Origin: Candidatus Aminicenantes bacterium
GTDB taxonomy: Bacteria > Acidobacteriota > Aminicenantia > Aminicenantales > JAFGBC01
Direction: 5' to 3'
DNA length: 64,000 nucleotides
Assembly: GCA_963702005.1 (NCBI GenBank)
Contig: OY969696.1
Location: forward strand, 3,360,001-3,424,000
The notes below the pieces were generated by a model that searched no databases, had not been told where the DNA came from, and saw only the letters and a list, made by a program, of their open reading frames with translations. Position 1 is the first letter of the stretch. Each line of letters starts with the position of its first letter. Below are positions 24,801 through 33,426 of this stretch, in pieces. A program made the position numbers and the translations under genes.

Positions 24801-24945
24801 CGGTGACGGCCACGATCGGCAGCGTGATGTCGGGCATCAGGTCGACGCCCAGCCGGGAATAGGACAGGCCGCCGATGACCACCAGGGCGAGGATGATCAT
24901 CGTTATGAAAACGGGCTGCTTGATGGAAATATCGGCAATTCTCAT
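21862..24945 (-). CDS. RND efflux permease (AcrB/AcrD/AcrF family)
   Basis: SVGLLIDDAIVVREN, GLVTKNSILLVD, RLRPILMT. Confidence 0.95.
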   Translation of the reverse strand: MRIADISIKQPVFITMIILALVVIGGLSYSRLGVDLMPDITLPIVAVTVANPGVGPEEMESQVSKPIEDVLSTLNGLDKLYSTSSEGVSIVVAQFVLEKDAQLAATEVREKVAAIRNTLPREIIEPIIDKFDSSAAPVVSFGVQSKGDKMNLPQLRTYIEDHIQPFIQQVDGVGAVNIIGGLEREIQVDVNLDRMNALGISITQVSQAVRGENLNLPAGRVTEKSQDFLIRTKAEFQSLQEMLDIPVATVAGTPVFLKDIATVKDGYKTKRTISRLNGKEDISMVVQKQSGTNTVKVADQVYKTLARIEAANPDLEIRPTVDTSVMIKNSRDEVIRSLILGILFAGLVVLFSFGDLRNTIITVAGLPVCIIGVFAVMSALGYTVNVITLMALSLSVGLLIDDAIVVRENIFRHMDKLGQSPRQAASDGTSEVGLAVMATTLTIVAVFLPVAFTAGIAGKFFRQFGVTVAAAVLISLFEAFTFAPMLSAYFFRKAEKGGRKTLASRFEGLVSKFYEKLGNNYRPVLRWAISHRKTMVLITIVVFAMSAYLFTLVGTGGFPHGQQPEFNLSVQTASGSSLDQTDRIVRKIEAILRQQTEITNLAAIVGTTDGASDVATINVKLNLPTKEAQAYQDRLRPMLSGIPGATITFQEAQTMGGAAFSTMQQLPIQIDLKGTDLGHLTKASDEVVRGLQGISGLVDINSNNRPPKPEIQIQIDRDRAARLGAGTFQVASLMRSLIDGDLASKYREGEKLIDIRVRASEDVRDNLDKIRQAYLPTLRGGSITLDQVAQLKIVNGPTQIKRTNRTRRISISANILKGRAMSEITQKASAMMTGTRFPSDVSFEYSGQVEMSRQMFSSLTLALFLAIIFVYMILASQFGSFIQPFVIMLALPLSVIGAVLGLLLANKFFDMVAFIGLIMLMGLVTKNSILLVDYTNVLRRRGSKLSEAIVEAGSTRLRPILMTTMAMILGMIPVAMGLGASASFRQAIGFTIIGGLISSTILTLVVVPVVYVILDNFGAKFRRGERV

Positions 24946-24958
24946 GGGCGGCCGCTCC

Positions 24959-25870
24959 TTATTTCTGTTCCGTCGCGGAGTCGATGATCTTGATCTTATC
25001 CTTGTCGTTAAGCTGGCCGGCTCCGGTGGTCACCACCCGCTGGCCGTCCTTGAGCCCGGCCAGGATCTCGATGACGTCGCCGGCCACGGTCCCCACGGTC
25101 ACCGGGGCGAGGAGGGCGCGTCCGCCGTCCGCCAGAAAGACGAATTTTTCGCCGGCCCGCTCGACCACCGCGGTCAGGGGCACGACCAGGGCCGAACGCT
25201 TGCTCTCCAGCCACTCGGCCTCGGCGTACATGCCGGGCTTGATCCGGTAGCCGGGATTGGGCAGGGTCAGTTCGACCTCGACCGTCCGGTTGACGGAGTT
25301 GGCGATGGGACTGATGTTGGTCACCCGGGCCCGGAAGGTCTCGCCCGGGTAGGCCTCCAGCGTCACGTCGGCGGCCTGGCCCATCTTGATGAAACGGATC
25401 TTCTTTTCGTCGACGGCGGCCACGGCCTTGACCTTGTCGATGTCCACCAGGGTCATCAACGGGACGGCGGGGTTCACGGCCGCGCCCGGATTCTGAAGAA
25501 GATGAGAGACCACGCCCTTGACGTCGCTCTTGACCTCGAAGTCCTTGAACTCAAACCCGATCTCGTCGCGGCTGACGACGGCCACGGTTTGGCCGGGCTT
25601 GACGACGCTGCCCAGTTGGACCAAGTTTTGGGTGATCTTGCCCATGACCTTGGAATAAAGGGTGATCTCCGCCGTGGCCTGGACGTTGGCCGAGGCGTGG
25701 ATTTTTTCCGTGATCTCGATCGTCGACGGCAGGGCGGTCTCGACCGGCACGACCTTCTCGACCACGGGCTGGTTGGCCGCGGCCTTTTTAGCCGAGTAGT
25801 TGACGTAGGCCCGGTAGCCGATGAAGGCCGCCAGCGCCGCCAGGATGAGGATGATGATGACTTTCTTCAT
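24959..25870 (-). CDS. RND periplasmic adaptor (membrane fusion protein)
   Basis: N-terminal anchor MKKVIII, lipoyl-like motifs, IKPGMYA, EILAGLKDGQRVVTTG. Confidence 0.9.
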   Translation of the reverse strand: MKKVIIILILAALAAFIGYRAYVNYSAKKAAANQPVVEKVVPVETALPSTIEITEKIHASANVQATAEITLYSKVMGKITQNLVQLGSVVKPGQTVAVVSRDEIGFEFKDFEVKSDVKGVVSHLLQNPGAAVNPAVPLMTLVDIDKVKAVAAVDEKKIRFIKMGQAADVTLEAYPGETFRARVTNISPIANSVNRTVEVELTLPNPGYRIKPGMYAEAEWLESKRSALVVPLTAVVERAGEKFVFLADGGRALLAPVTVGTVAGDVIEILAGLKDGQRVVTTGAGQLNDKDKIKIIDSATEQK

Positions 25871-25884
25871 GGTGGATCCCTTTT

Positions 25885-27201
25885 TCACTCGTAGATTTTT
25901 TTGCCCACGGCCCGGTCCAGGTTATAGCGGGCGAGGATATGGTTGTAAAGAAGCTGGAGATAGTTGAGTTTGGCGGAGTTCAGATTGTTCTGCGACTCCA
26001 CGTAGTCCGTGGCGCTCATCAGGCCCTTTTGATAGCGGTCCTCGGCGATCCGGAGCGCGTCCTCGGCCTGCTTGATCTTGAGCTTTTCGATCACGATCTT
26101 GTCCTCGATCGTGCGCAGGTCGGACAGGTTGGTTTCGATCTCCATTCTGATCGTCTGCTCCAAATTCTTGCGCTGAAGGTCGATCGTCTTCAGGCCGGAC
26201 AAGCCCTCGGCCACCAGGGCGTTCGTCCGGAAGCCGTCAAAGACCGGGAAGCTCAAGGTCAGTGAGGCCATGAAGTTGCCCTTGATCTGGTTGATGTTGG
26301 GCAGGTAGCCGTTCCGGAAATCATAGTTGAGGCCCAGGATGAGGCTGGGTCTGTTGGCGGCCTTCTCGATGTCGATGCCCAGTTGAGTGATCCGGGACTG
26401 GTGGGTCAATTGCTCGAACTCGATCCGCTGGGCGCGGGCGGCGGCCGTCAAGGCCCCTTCGTCCGCGTCTAGAGGCGTGTAGTCCACCTGCCCGTCCGGG
26501 TCGAGGACGGCGTCGGCCGGACGCCCGGCCAGGATGTTGAAGCCGATATTGAGCTTGCGGATGTTGTTCTCGAAGTCCAGGCGCTGGCCGTTCAAGATGC
26601 TGATCTGGACCTCCAGGGTCGAGGTGTCGAAGCTCGAGACGAGACCGGCCTTATAGCGCTCGGTCATGATGTCCCGCTTCTGCTCGAGCAGCTTGATGTT
26701 GTCATCCAGGACCCTTATAGCCTCGCGGAGGAAGATGATGCCGTAGAAGATCGGGGCGACCTGATAGGATACGATCTGCTTGGTCATGTCCAGGCCGTCC
26801 TTGGCTAGCTCCACCCCGGTCCGGCTGAGCTCGATCGATTTTTGGATGCGCCCAAAGGTGAAGAGCTGTTCGGCGGCCGTGGCCCGGAAATCATAGTTAT
26901 TGGGAACCCCGAACTTGGCCTTGTAGGTCTGGCCGAAGAAGGAGATCTCGAACTGCTGGACCAGGGTCATCCGGGTGTAGGTCCCCCCGATGTTCACTTG
27001 GGGGAACAGTTGGCTCTTGCTCTCGTCGACCTTCAGCGCCGCCCCGGCCACGGATTCGCCGGCGATTTGCAGAGCGGGGCTGTTCCGGAGGGTCAAGTCG
27101 ATGCATTGCTTGAGGGTCAATTTGTCCTGGGCCCGGAGGCCGGATGCGGAGACCAGCAGGGTTGCGAGCACGGCGATGGTCCTCGTTAGGATGGGTGTCA
27201 T
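25885..27201 (-). CDS. TolC-family outer membrane efflux protein
   Basis: LTLKQCIDLTLRNSP, RYKAGL/RYQKGL repeats, FPVFDGF. Confidence 0.9.
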   Translation of the reverse strand: MTPILTRTIAVLATLLVSASGLRAQDKLTLKQCIDLTLRNSPALQIAGESVAGAALKVDESKSQLFPQVNIGGTYTRMTLVQQFEISFFGQTYKAKFGVPNNYDFRATAAEQLFTFGRIQKSIELSRTGVELAKDGLDMTKQIVSYQVAPIFYGIIFLREAIRVLDDNIKLLEQKRDIMTERYKAGLVSSFDTSTLEVQISILNGQRLDFENNIRKLNIGFNILAGRPADAVLDPDGQVDYTPLDADEGALTAAARAQRIEFEQLTHQSRITQLGIDIEKAANRPSLILGLNYDFRNGYLPNINQIKGNFMASLTLSFPVFDGFRTNALVAEGLSGLKTIDLQRKNLEQTIRMEIETNLSDLRTIEDKIVIEKLKIKQAEDALRIAEDRYQKGLMSATDYVESQNNLNSAKLNYLQLLYNHILARYNLDRAVGKKIYE

Positions 27202-27230
27202 GGGTGCGCTCCTTGAAAAACCTTGCTCTA

Positions 27231-27719
27231 TCAAGCCGGCATTTTGGCGGATTTCCTGTCGTGCCGGACCAGAATGCGAACCAAGGACTCGATGGCCCGG
27301 ACCATGTCCCGGCGGTCCGCCCCGTCGAGCCTTTCCAGAAATTCCTTGATATTCCCCATCAAGCCTTGCTCGAAGTCCTTGATGGCGGCCCGTCCCCGCG
27401 GCGTTATGCGTAGGAGGACCTTCCTCCGGTCATCGGGGGCGTGCCCGCGCAGGACGAGGCCGTCCCGGACCATCCGGTCCAGGAGCTCGGACAGGGTGTT
27501 CTTCTTGACGTTGAGGCTGGCCGAAACGTCGGTCGGGTGGTGAGGTCCACAGCATTCCAGGCACTTCAGGATGTGATAGCGGACGACGTTGGTCTTGGAC
27601 TCGGTCTTGGCTTCCAGCGGGCGAACAGCGACAGGACCTATCCGGATGATGCCGTGGAAAAACCCGGTCAGCGTCATGACCTGGGACGAGACCCTGGCCA
27701 GTCGCTCCATATAGTTCAT
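27231..27719 (-). CDS. MarR-family regulator of the efflux operon (possibly leaderless)
   Basis: wHTH LSELLDRMVRDGLV...DDRRKVLLRITPRG; the -10 TATATT lies 6 nt before ATG 27719. Confidence 0.85.
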   Translation of the reverse strand: MNYMERLARVSSQVMTLTGFFHGIIRIGPVAVRPLEAKTESKTNVVRYHILKCLECCGPHHPTDVSASLNVKKNTLSELLDRMVRDGLVLRGHAPDDRRKVLLRITPRGRAAIKDFEQGLMGNIKEFLERLDGADRRDMVRAIESLVRILVRHDRKSAKMPA

Positions 27720-27749
27720 GGAGTGAATATATCGTATCACGAACCATTT

Positions 27750-27860
27750 GTCAACCCCTCAACTCCCCGGCATGAATGCGGAGGCTTGTTCGGGGTTAAC
27801 CCTGAGCCTTGCTTCTCGTCCCCGCCTTTCAGAGCGGGGTAGCGTCGGCGAACGGGTCAA
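27750..27860. repeat. GTCAA-bounded element, copy 5 (111 bp)
   Basis: GTCAACCCCTCAAC...TCGGGGTTAACCCTGAGCC...CCCCGCCTTTCAGAGCGGGG...TCGGCGAACGGGTCAA. Confidence 0.9.
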
Positions 27861-27904
27861 GAAGCGGGAGCACAATATCTTCTACCAGGGGAGGCGCGAG
27901 AATC

Positions 27905-28321
27905 TCAACGAATGCTGCGAGCTATTTCGGCCAGAAACTTTTCGATGTCCTTAAGCCCGGTTCGTAGAATATCCCCGACAACAGTATAATCGATCTTTCC
28001 GTAATCGTGGGCGAGGATGTTTCTGAAGCCTACCATTTTTGACAACCTGATTGCCAAGCCTTCGGCAATCACCCGCTCTTCCAATAAAACGGAAAAGCTC
28101 TCGCTCATGGTCGCGGGCTTACGAAAGCCCCTAAAGGCTATTAGCGCATCGGAAAGGTCGATAGCCGCTTGGACGGCTAAATAAAGGTAACGCTCAACCG
28201 CGCCTTTAAGGTCGATATCCTTCTCGATATCTTTCGGCGCAATCTTCTTGTATCGCTCCAATATCTTAAGGTATTTTTTCACCGCGCTTATCTTGTTCTC
28301 GATAACGGCTTTGGTGGTCAT
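27905..28321 (-). CDS. HEPN (DUF86/HepT-like) RNase toxin
   Basis: AVERYL, GFRNILAHDY (Rx4HxY). Confidence 0.9.
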   Translation of the reverse strand: MTTKAVIENKISAVKKYLKILERYKKIAPKDIEKDIDLKGAVERYLYLAVQAAIDLSDALIAFRGFRKPATMSESFSVLLEERVIAEGLAIRLSKMVGFRNILAHDYGKIDYTVVGDILRTGLKDIEKFLAEIARSIR

Positions 28322-28324
28322 GCC

Positions 28325-28720
28325 TTATCTCTCGCTGGTCAAATTGTAGCGCAGGAGCATCTCTCGAAAATCGAAATACTCATGAAGGATTCTCGGCTCG
28401 ACCAAGACTTTATAGGGCTCGCGCTCGAAAATCAGATGGCCGCTGGTGATGATGAGGTATTTCATTTCCGAGTTTTCTAGGTCATTGATTATGACCACAT
28501 CGACGCCATCCGTTTTAAGCAGGCGGCTGATTTCGCCCATGAGCCGCAGCCGGATGTCGGAGACTGTTTTCTTCCGCCCGACTTGGACATAAACGGCGAA
28601 ATCGTAATCGCTCAAGGGGCCGGCCTTGCCCTCGGCCCTCGATCCATAGAAGTAGACGAGCTTAACCTCCCGAATTTTCTCAAAGATTTTCTTGAGTTCC
28701 GATAATTCCCTGTTTTTCAT
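28325..28720 (-). CDS. Minimal nucleotidyltransferase (MntA-like) antitoxin
   Basis: YFYGSRAEG...SDYDFAV, VDVVIIN; directly upstream of the HEPN gene. Confidence 0.9.
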   Translation of the reverse strand: MKNRELSELKKIFEKIREVKLVYFYGSRAEGKAGPLSDYDFAVYVQVGRKKTVSDIRLRLMGEISRLLKTDGVDVVIINDLENSEMKYLIITSGHLIFEREPYKVLVEPRILHEYFDFREMLLRYNLTSER

Positions 28721-28954
28721 GGTTGGAGGCGAATCGCTTGCCGGCCTGATCCCGACAGACCGCGAATTTCATTAGAATAGTAGACTTGCCCGCCAAAATT
28801 GTCAAACCGCTTACATGTGAGCGCCGGCTTGAACGGGTCCCTGCGGCAAGAAGGTAAGCTCCCCCCCGGCCGCCGGCCCGCGACCCGGACCGTCAAGAAG
28901 AACCGGGTCGGACGCGCGCCGGGGCCGAGGGGCGGAGGGATGAGAAAGGTTGCG

Positions 28955-29335
28955 TCAGCTCGTCTTCTTTTTCGCCGTCCAGGGGGCGGCGCCGAAGTCG
29001 CCCATCTGGACTTCGCCCTTCATCGTGTCGCCTTCGACCTTGCCCTTATAGGTCGAGGTCATCTCGCCCCGGGGGGTCGTCCTGGTGATGGCCCACTCGA
29101 TGTCCTGGCCCTTGACCGTGCCGGTCCCGGTCAGCTCGTCGCCGCGGAAGCTCGTCATCTTGACCTTCAGGTTCTCTCCAGTCTGCTCGAAGACGACCGG
29201 CGAGGTCCGTTCGCCGCGCGGGCTCTGGGTCGTCAGGTCCCAGGTCCCGCTGACGTTGACTTCTTGGGACGAAAGGGGAAGAACCGCGCCTATCAATCCG
29301 AACACCACAGCCGCGATCAGAATTCGTTTGAACAT
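28955..29335 (-). CDS. Small secreted beta-barrel protein
   Basis: AAGGAG RBS, signal peptide, VNVSGTW...YKGKVEGDTMKG...WTAKK. Confidence 0.75.
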   Translation of the reverse strand: MFKRILIAAVVFGLIGAVLPLSSQEVNVSGTWDLTTQSPRGERTSPVVFEQTGENLKVKMTSFRGDELTGTGTVKGQDIEWAITRTTPRGEMTSTYKGKVEGDTMKGEVQMGDFGAAPWTAKKKTS

Positions 29336-29445
29336 ATCTTTCTCCTTTGTCACTATCCATTAGACGATCGAAGGCCCAATTTCTTCCGCCGTTGTTTTTT
29401 CTAGGAACCGGGTATAGGATTAATACCTACATCATGGAGGACGGG

Positions 29446-30255
29446 ATGAAAAAAAGGATCATCGGGCTACTGGCGCTTTTACTGATGGCGGCACTCCCCT
29501 CGCCGGCCGCGGTGCCTGACGAAGTCTTGCCCCGTACCATCCTGGGGATCTTCGGCGGGATGGGGCCCGAGGCGACGGCCAACCTCTACCAGATGATCAT
29601 CGAGATCACCCCGGCCGCCAAGGACCAAGACCATGTCCCGACGCTCATCTTCAGCTTCCCTCAAGTCCCGGACCGGACGACGGCCATTCGGACCGGGGAC
29701 CGCTCCATCGTTCCCTACCTCGTCGAGGGGGTGCGCCTCCTGGAGAAGGCCGGCGCCACCCTGATCGTCATCCCCTGCAACACGGCCCACTACTATTACG
29801 ACGACATGCAGAAAGCGGTCCATATCCCGATCATCCATATGATCCGGGAAGCGGCGCTGGAAACACTCAAACGCCACCCCGGGCTCAAGGCGGTTGGGCT
29901 TCTGGCCACGAGCGGGACGATCGCCTCCGGCCTTTATGAGAGGGAATTTCGCGACAGGGGGGTTGCCGTGATCGTTCCCGATGAAGGGCAGCAGTCCGAC
30001 CTGGTCATGCGCTCGATCGGGCTCATCAAAGCCCGCCAGGATCGGGACCTGTGCCGGGAGCTGCTGGGCCAGGCCGGTCGCGATCTCGTCCGGCGCGGCG
30101 CCCAGGTCATCGTCCTCGGCTGCACCGAAATTCCCCTTGCCTTCGATCCCGCGACGGTCGACGTCCCGGTCGTCAACGCCAGCCGGGTCCTTGCCGAGGC
30201 CGCCCTTCGCCTCTATCAGGAGCAGGTCCGCGAGCGGGCGTCGGCCAGCCGCTGA
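29446..30255 (+). CDS. Aspartate/glutamate racemase family protein with N-terminal signal peptide
   Basis: LGIFGGMGPEAT, PCNTAH, GLLATSGT, LGCTEIP; leader MKKRIIGLLALLLMAALPSPA. Confidence 0.88.
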   Translation: MKKRIIGLLALLLMAALPSPAAVPDEVLPRTILGIFGGMGPEATANLYQMIIEITPAAKDQDHVPTLIFSFPQVPDRTTAIRTGDRSIVPYLVEGVRLLEKAGATLIVIPCNTAHYYYDDMQKAVHIPIIHMIREAALETLKRHPGLKAVGLLATSGTIASGLYEREFRDRGVAVIVPDEGQQSDLVMRSIGLIKARQDRDLCRELLGQAGRDLVRRGAQVIVLGCTEIPLAFDPATVDVPVVNASRVLAEAALRLYQEQVRERASASR

Positions 30256-30344
30256 TTGTAGAATAGCCTTTTCCCCGGTCAACTAAACGGCCCCGATCTC
30301 CGTCTAACAGATGAAAATGGCGATATAATCCCCTGTAAGACCCG

Positions 30345-30872
30345 ATGGATATGGACGAAGATCAAATTATCGCGCGGTGCCAGGCGGGCGATCTGGCCGC
30401 CTACAGGCAGATCTACGACCGCTACAGTCAGCCCCTCCTTCGCACGGCCCTGCGGCTTCTGGGCCGTCCCCAGGAGGCGGAGGACGCCGTCCAGGAGACT
30501 TTTCTCAAGCTCTACAGGGGGATCTCGGGATTCCGGCGGGGAGCGCGTTTCAGCACCTACCTGTTTCAGATTCTCAATAACGCCTGCATCGATATGCTCC
30601 GTAAAAGGAAGCCCCAAAGCGATTCCGTCGACGCCGAAAGGCTCCCGGTCGCCTCGTCCCACGAGCTGGGCCACAGCCTGACCCAAGCCGTCGAAAGCCT
30701 GCCTGCTAAGATGAAGGCCTGTTTTATCCTGTTCGCGATAGAGCAGTTTTCTCAGGAGGAGGCCGCCGACATCCTGGGCGTCGACGTGGGAACCGTAAAA
30801 ACGAACGTCCACCGGGCGCGAAAGAAGCTGAGGACCTGGCTCGCCGCCGGTCCGGCGGGAGGAACGGCATGA
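30345..30872 (+). CDS. ECF RNA polymerase sigma factor
   Basis: AEDAVQETFL, FSTYLFQI, GTVKTNVHRAR. Confidence 0.92.
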   Translation: MDMDEDQIIARCQAGDLAAYRQIYDRYSQPLLRTALRLLGRPQEAEDAVQETFLKLYRGISGFRRGARFSTYLFQILNNACIDMLRKRKPQSDSVDAERLPVASSHELGHSLTQAVESLPAKMKACFILFAIEQFSQEEAADILGVDVGTVKTNVHRARKKLRTWLAAGPAGGTA

Positions 30873-31519
30873 ATTGCAATAAATTCGAGGCTTATGAAGA
30901 GGGGCGGATGACCCGCTGTGAATTCGCCGATCACGTCCGCGAATGCGCGGCCTGCACGGCATCGGCCGCCCTTGACGGCCGTTTGGACAAGGAATTGACT
31001 AAAATGAGAGAACCGGTTCAAGCTTCGGGACTATGGGAGCGCATCGAGGCCGCGCTCGCCAAGGAAAAGGCCGCCGCTTCCGCCATGGAAGAAAGACGTC
31101 CCGCCCGCCGCCCGACGGTCGCCGATTTCCTGAGACGCCCCCGGCCGATTCTCGTTGCGGCCGGCGCCGCCGCCCTGGCCATTCTGATTCTGGGGGGAGC
31201 TTATCTTGTCTTCATAAAACCACTCTCTTCTCCTGGAATCCTAGCCCAACGGGCCCTGGCTCAAGTCGAGCTCAAGGAAAAGGAATATGCCGACGCCATC
31301 GCAGCCCTCGAAAAACAGGCCCGTCCCAGGATCGAGGCCATGGATCTCCAGATGATGTCCCTGTATCGGGACAAGCTGGCCACGATCGATTCCCAGATCG
31401 AAAGGTGCAAAGAGGCCTTGGCCTCAAACCCGGCGAATGCCCACATCCGGTCTTACCTGCTGGCCGCGCTTCAGGACAAGCGGCAGACCCTGACCGATGC
31501 GCTCGGATCGATGAATTGA
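30869..31519 (+). CDS. Zinc-binding membrane anti-sigma factor
   Basis: HVRECAAC (HxxxCxxC), one TM helix, ATGA-coupled to the ECF gene. Confidence 0.8.
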   Translation: MNCNKFEAYEEGRMTRCEFADHVRECAACTASAALDGRLDKELTKMREPVQASGLWERIEAALAKEKAAASAMEERRPARRPTVADFLRRPRPILVAAGAAALAILILGGAYLVFIKPLSSPGILAQRALAQVELKEKEYADAIAALEKQARPRIEAMDLQMMSLYRDKLATIDSQIERCKEALASNPANAHIRSYLLAALQDKRQTLTDALGSMN

Positions 31520-31542
31520 ATAAAACGAAACGGGAGGAACAT

Positions 31543-33273
31543 ATGAAACACAAAGTCCTTGCTGTTCTCGGCGCCGCGATGATTTTCCTGGCCGCCGCCT
31601 TCGGCGCGGCCGGCACTGAACGGTCCGGCCTCTTGGGAGACAACGCTAAAAATGTCCAGACAAAAAAATTCGCGGCGGGCACTCTGGCCCCGGGGAAATC
31701 GCTCCGGGTGGAGCGAACCCAGGCTCAGCTGACGATCTCCGGCTGGGACAAGAACGAGATCGCCGTCGAAGCGTTTGTCGAGGTCGGAGACTCCGATCCG
31801 GACTCCGTCAAGGAATTCCTGGACAACACGACCCTGAAGCTCGAGCCCGAGGCCGGCGGATTCGTCCTCCGGCTGACGGCGCCCTGGGACTGGGAGAAAG
31901 GCCGGGGGGGCGTCCTTAAAAAACTCGCCGACGCCCTGCGCAGCGGCCGCTGGAATATCTCTTACGCGGCCCGGATCGATATCCACGTCCCGGCCAGCCA
32001 ATCCCTGAACGTAAAAAATCAATTCGGGAATATCACCGTCGCCCGCGTCAGCGGCCGGATCGTATTGAACAACGAGTCCGGACAGCTCCAGGTCGAGAAC
32101 TGCGGCGGCGAGCTCAAACTGGATAACAGCTTCGGAGCGGTCAGGGTGACGGGCTTCAAGGGGCCGGTCGACATCCGCAACGAGAGCGGAGAGGTCCGGG
32201 CGGAAAACATCGCCGGCCGGGCCGGCATTCGGAACAGCTTCAAGGACGTCCAGTTCCAGAAGATCGACGGGCCGCTCGTCGTGACGTCGGAAAGCGCCGG
32301 CGTCACGGGGTCCGATGTCGGCGGGGACTGCCGGATCACGTCGTCCTTCAAGGTCATCGACGTTCGGGGCGTGCGCGGCAAACTCGAAGTCAACGGCGAG
32401 AGCTCCGAAGTGACCGTGGACGACGTGTCCAAGGACGCCGTCATCGACAGCAGCTTCAAACCGGTTAAGGCGACGAACATTAAGGGCGGGCTGAGGCTGA
32501 CCTCCGAATCCGCGGCCGTAACGGCCAAGGGGATCGAGGGCGACGCCTGGATCAAGAGCTCGTTCCAGACGATCTCGGTCACGCGGGTCAAGGGCCACCT
32601 GACGGTGGAGGGCGAATCTTCGGCCGTGACGCTCCGCGATATCGGCGGGGACGCGGCGGTCAAGTCCTCCTTCAAGGACGTCGTCGCGGCCGGAGTCGGC
32701 GGATCGCTTGAGGTCAGGTCCGAGTCGGCCAAGGTCGTCGCCTCCGACGTCGTAAAGGGAGCGTCGATCGTGACCTCGTTCAACGGCGTCGAAGCCCATC
32801 GAATCGGCGGCAACCTGACGGTCGAGGGGGAATCTTCGAGCGTCCTGGCCGAGGACATCGGCGGCGCCGTCGATATCAAGAACTCCTTCAAGAATGTCAT
32901 CCTGCGGCGGACGTCGGGATCGATCACGGTCCTGGGCGAATCGAGTGCGGTTGACGTCGACGTGATCAAGGCCCTGCCCGCAGGGAGCCTCATCGATATC
33001 AAGACCTCTTTCAAGCCGATCCACCTGACCCTTCCCGCGGCGACAGAGGTCGAGGGCACGGCTAAGACGGAGTTTGGAAAAATCACCACGGATTTTCCGG
33101 TCTTCCTCAGGGACTCCGGCAGCTTCGAAGGACAAGCCGTCAGCTTCAGCAGTCTCAAGGAAGGAGTCTCGCCCAAGGTCGAAACATTCGCCGATATCAC
33201 GCTCCGCACCCGCAAGGGAGGAGTCTGGCTCAAGCTCGAAACATCGGCCGACATCACGATCAAGAAAGAATAA
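31543..33273 (+). CDS. Secreted DUF4097-like beta-strand repeat protein
   Basis: GGGAGG RBS, signal peptide, about nine roughly 44-aa repeats alternating ES and (S/N)SF turn motifs. Confidence 0.8.
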   Translation: MKHKVLAVLGAAMIFLAAAFGAAGTERSGLLGDNAKNVQTKKFAAGTLAPGKSLRVERTQAQLTISGWDKNEIAVEAFVEVGDSDPDSVKEFLDNTTLKLEPEAGGFVLRLTAPWDWEKGRGGVLKKLADALRSGRWNISYAARIDIHVPASQSLNVKNQFGNITVARVSGRIVLNNESGQLQVENCGGELKLDNSFGAVRVTGFKGPVDIRNESGEVRAENIAGRAGIRNSFKDVQFQKIDGPLVVTSESAGVTGSDVGGDCRITSSFKVIDVRGVRGKLEVNGESSEVTVDDVSKDAVIDSSFKPVKATNIKGGLRLTSESAAVTAKGIEGDAWIKSSFQTISVTRVKGHLTVEGESSAVTLRDIGGDAAVKSSFKDVVAAGVGGSLEVRSESAKVVASDVVKGASIVTSFNGVEAHRIGGNLTVEGESSSVLAEDIGGAVDIKNSFKNVILRRTSGSITVLGESSAVDVDVIKALPAGSLIDIKTSFKPIHLTLPAATEVEGTAKTEFGKITTDFPVFLRDSGSFEGQAVSFSSLKEGVSPKVETFADITLRTRKGGVWLKLETSADITIKKE

Positions 33274-33426
33274 AGAATAAGGGGGACGGTCTGCGGCCCT
33301 GCCAGAGATCTGCGGCTCTGCCCGGGGGTTGACTCCCTCCTAGAGGAGCGCCTTAAAAAAGAAAACGGTTCTCTTTGACAGTCGGCGCTTCCATGAATTA
33401 AAATGCGTTCACCAGGAGGGATATCC

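Noticed and set aside
27905-28720. MNT-HEPN pair as a novel system
   Set aside because: Standard type VII toxin-antitoxin architecture and motifs
33325-33334. GGGGTTGAC as an inverted element end
   Set aside because: Only 9 bp match, with no partner end or internal module nearby
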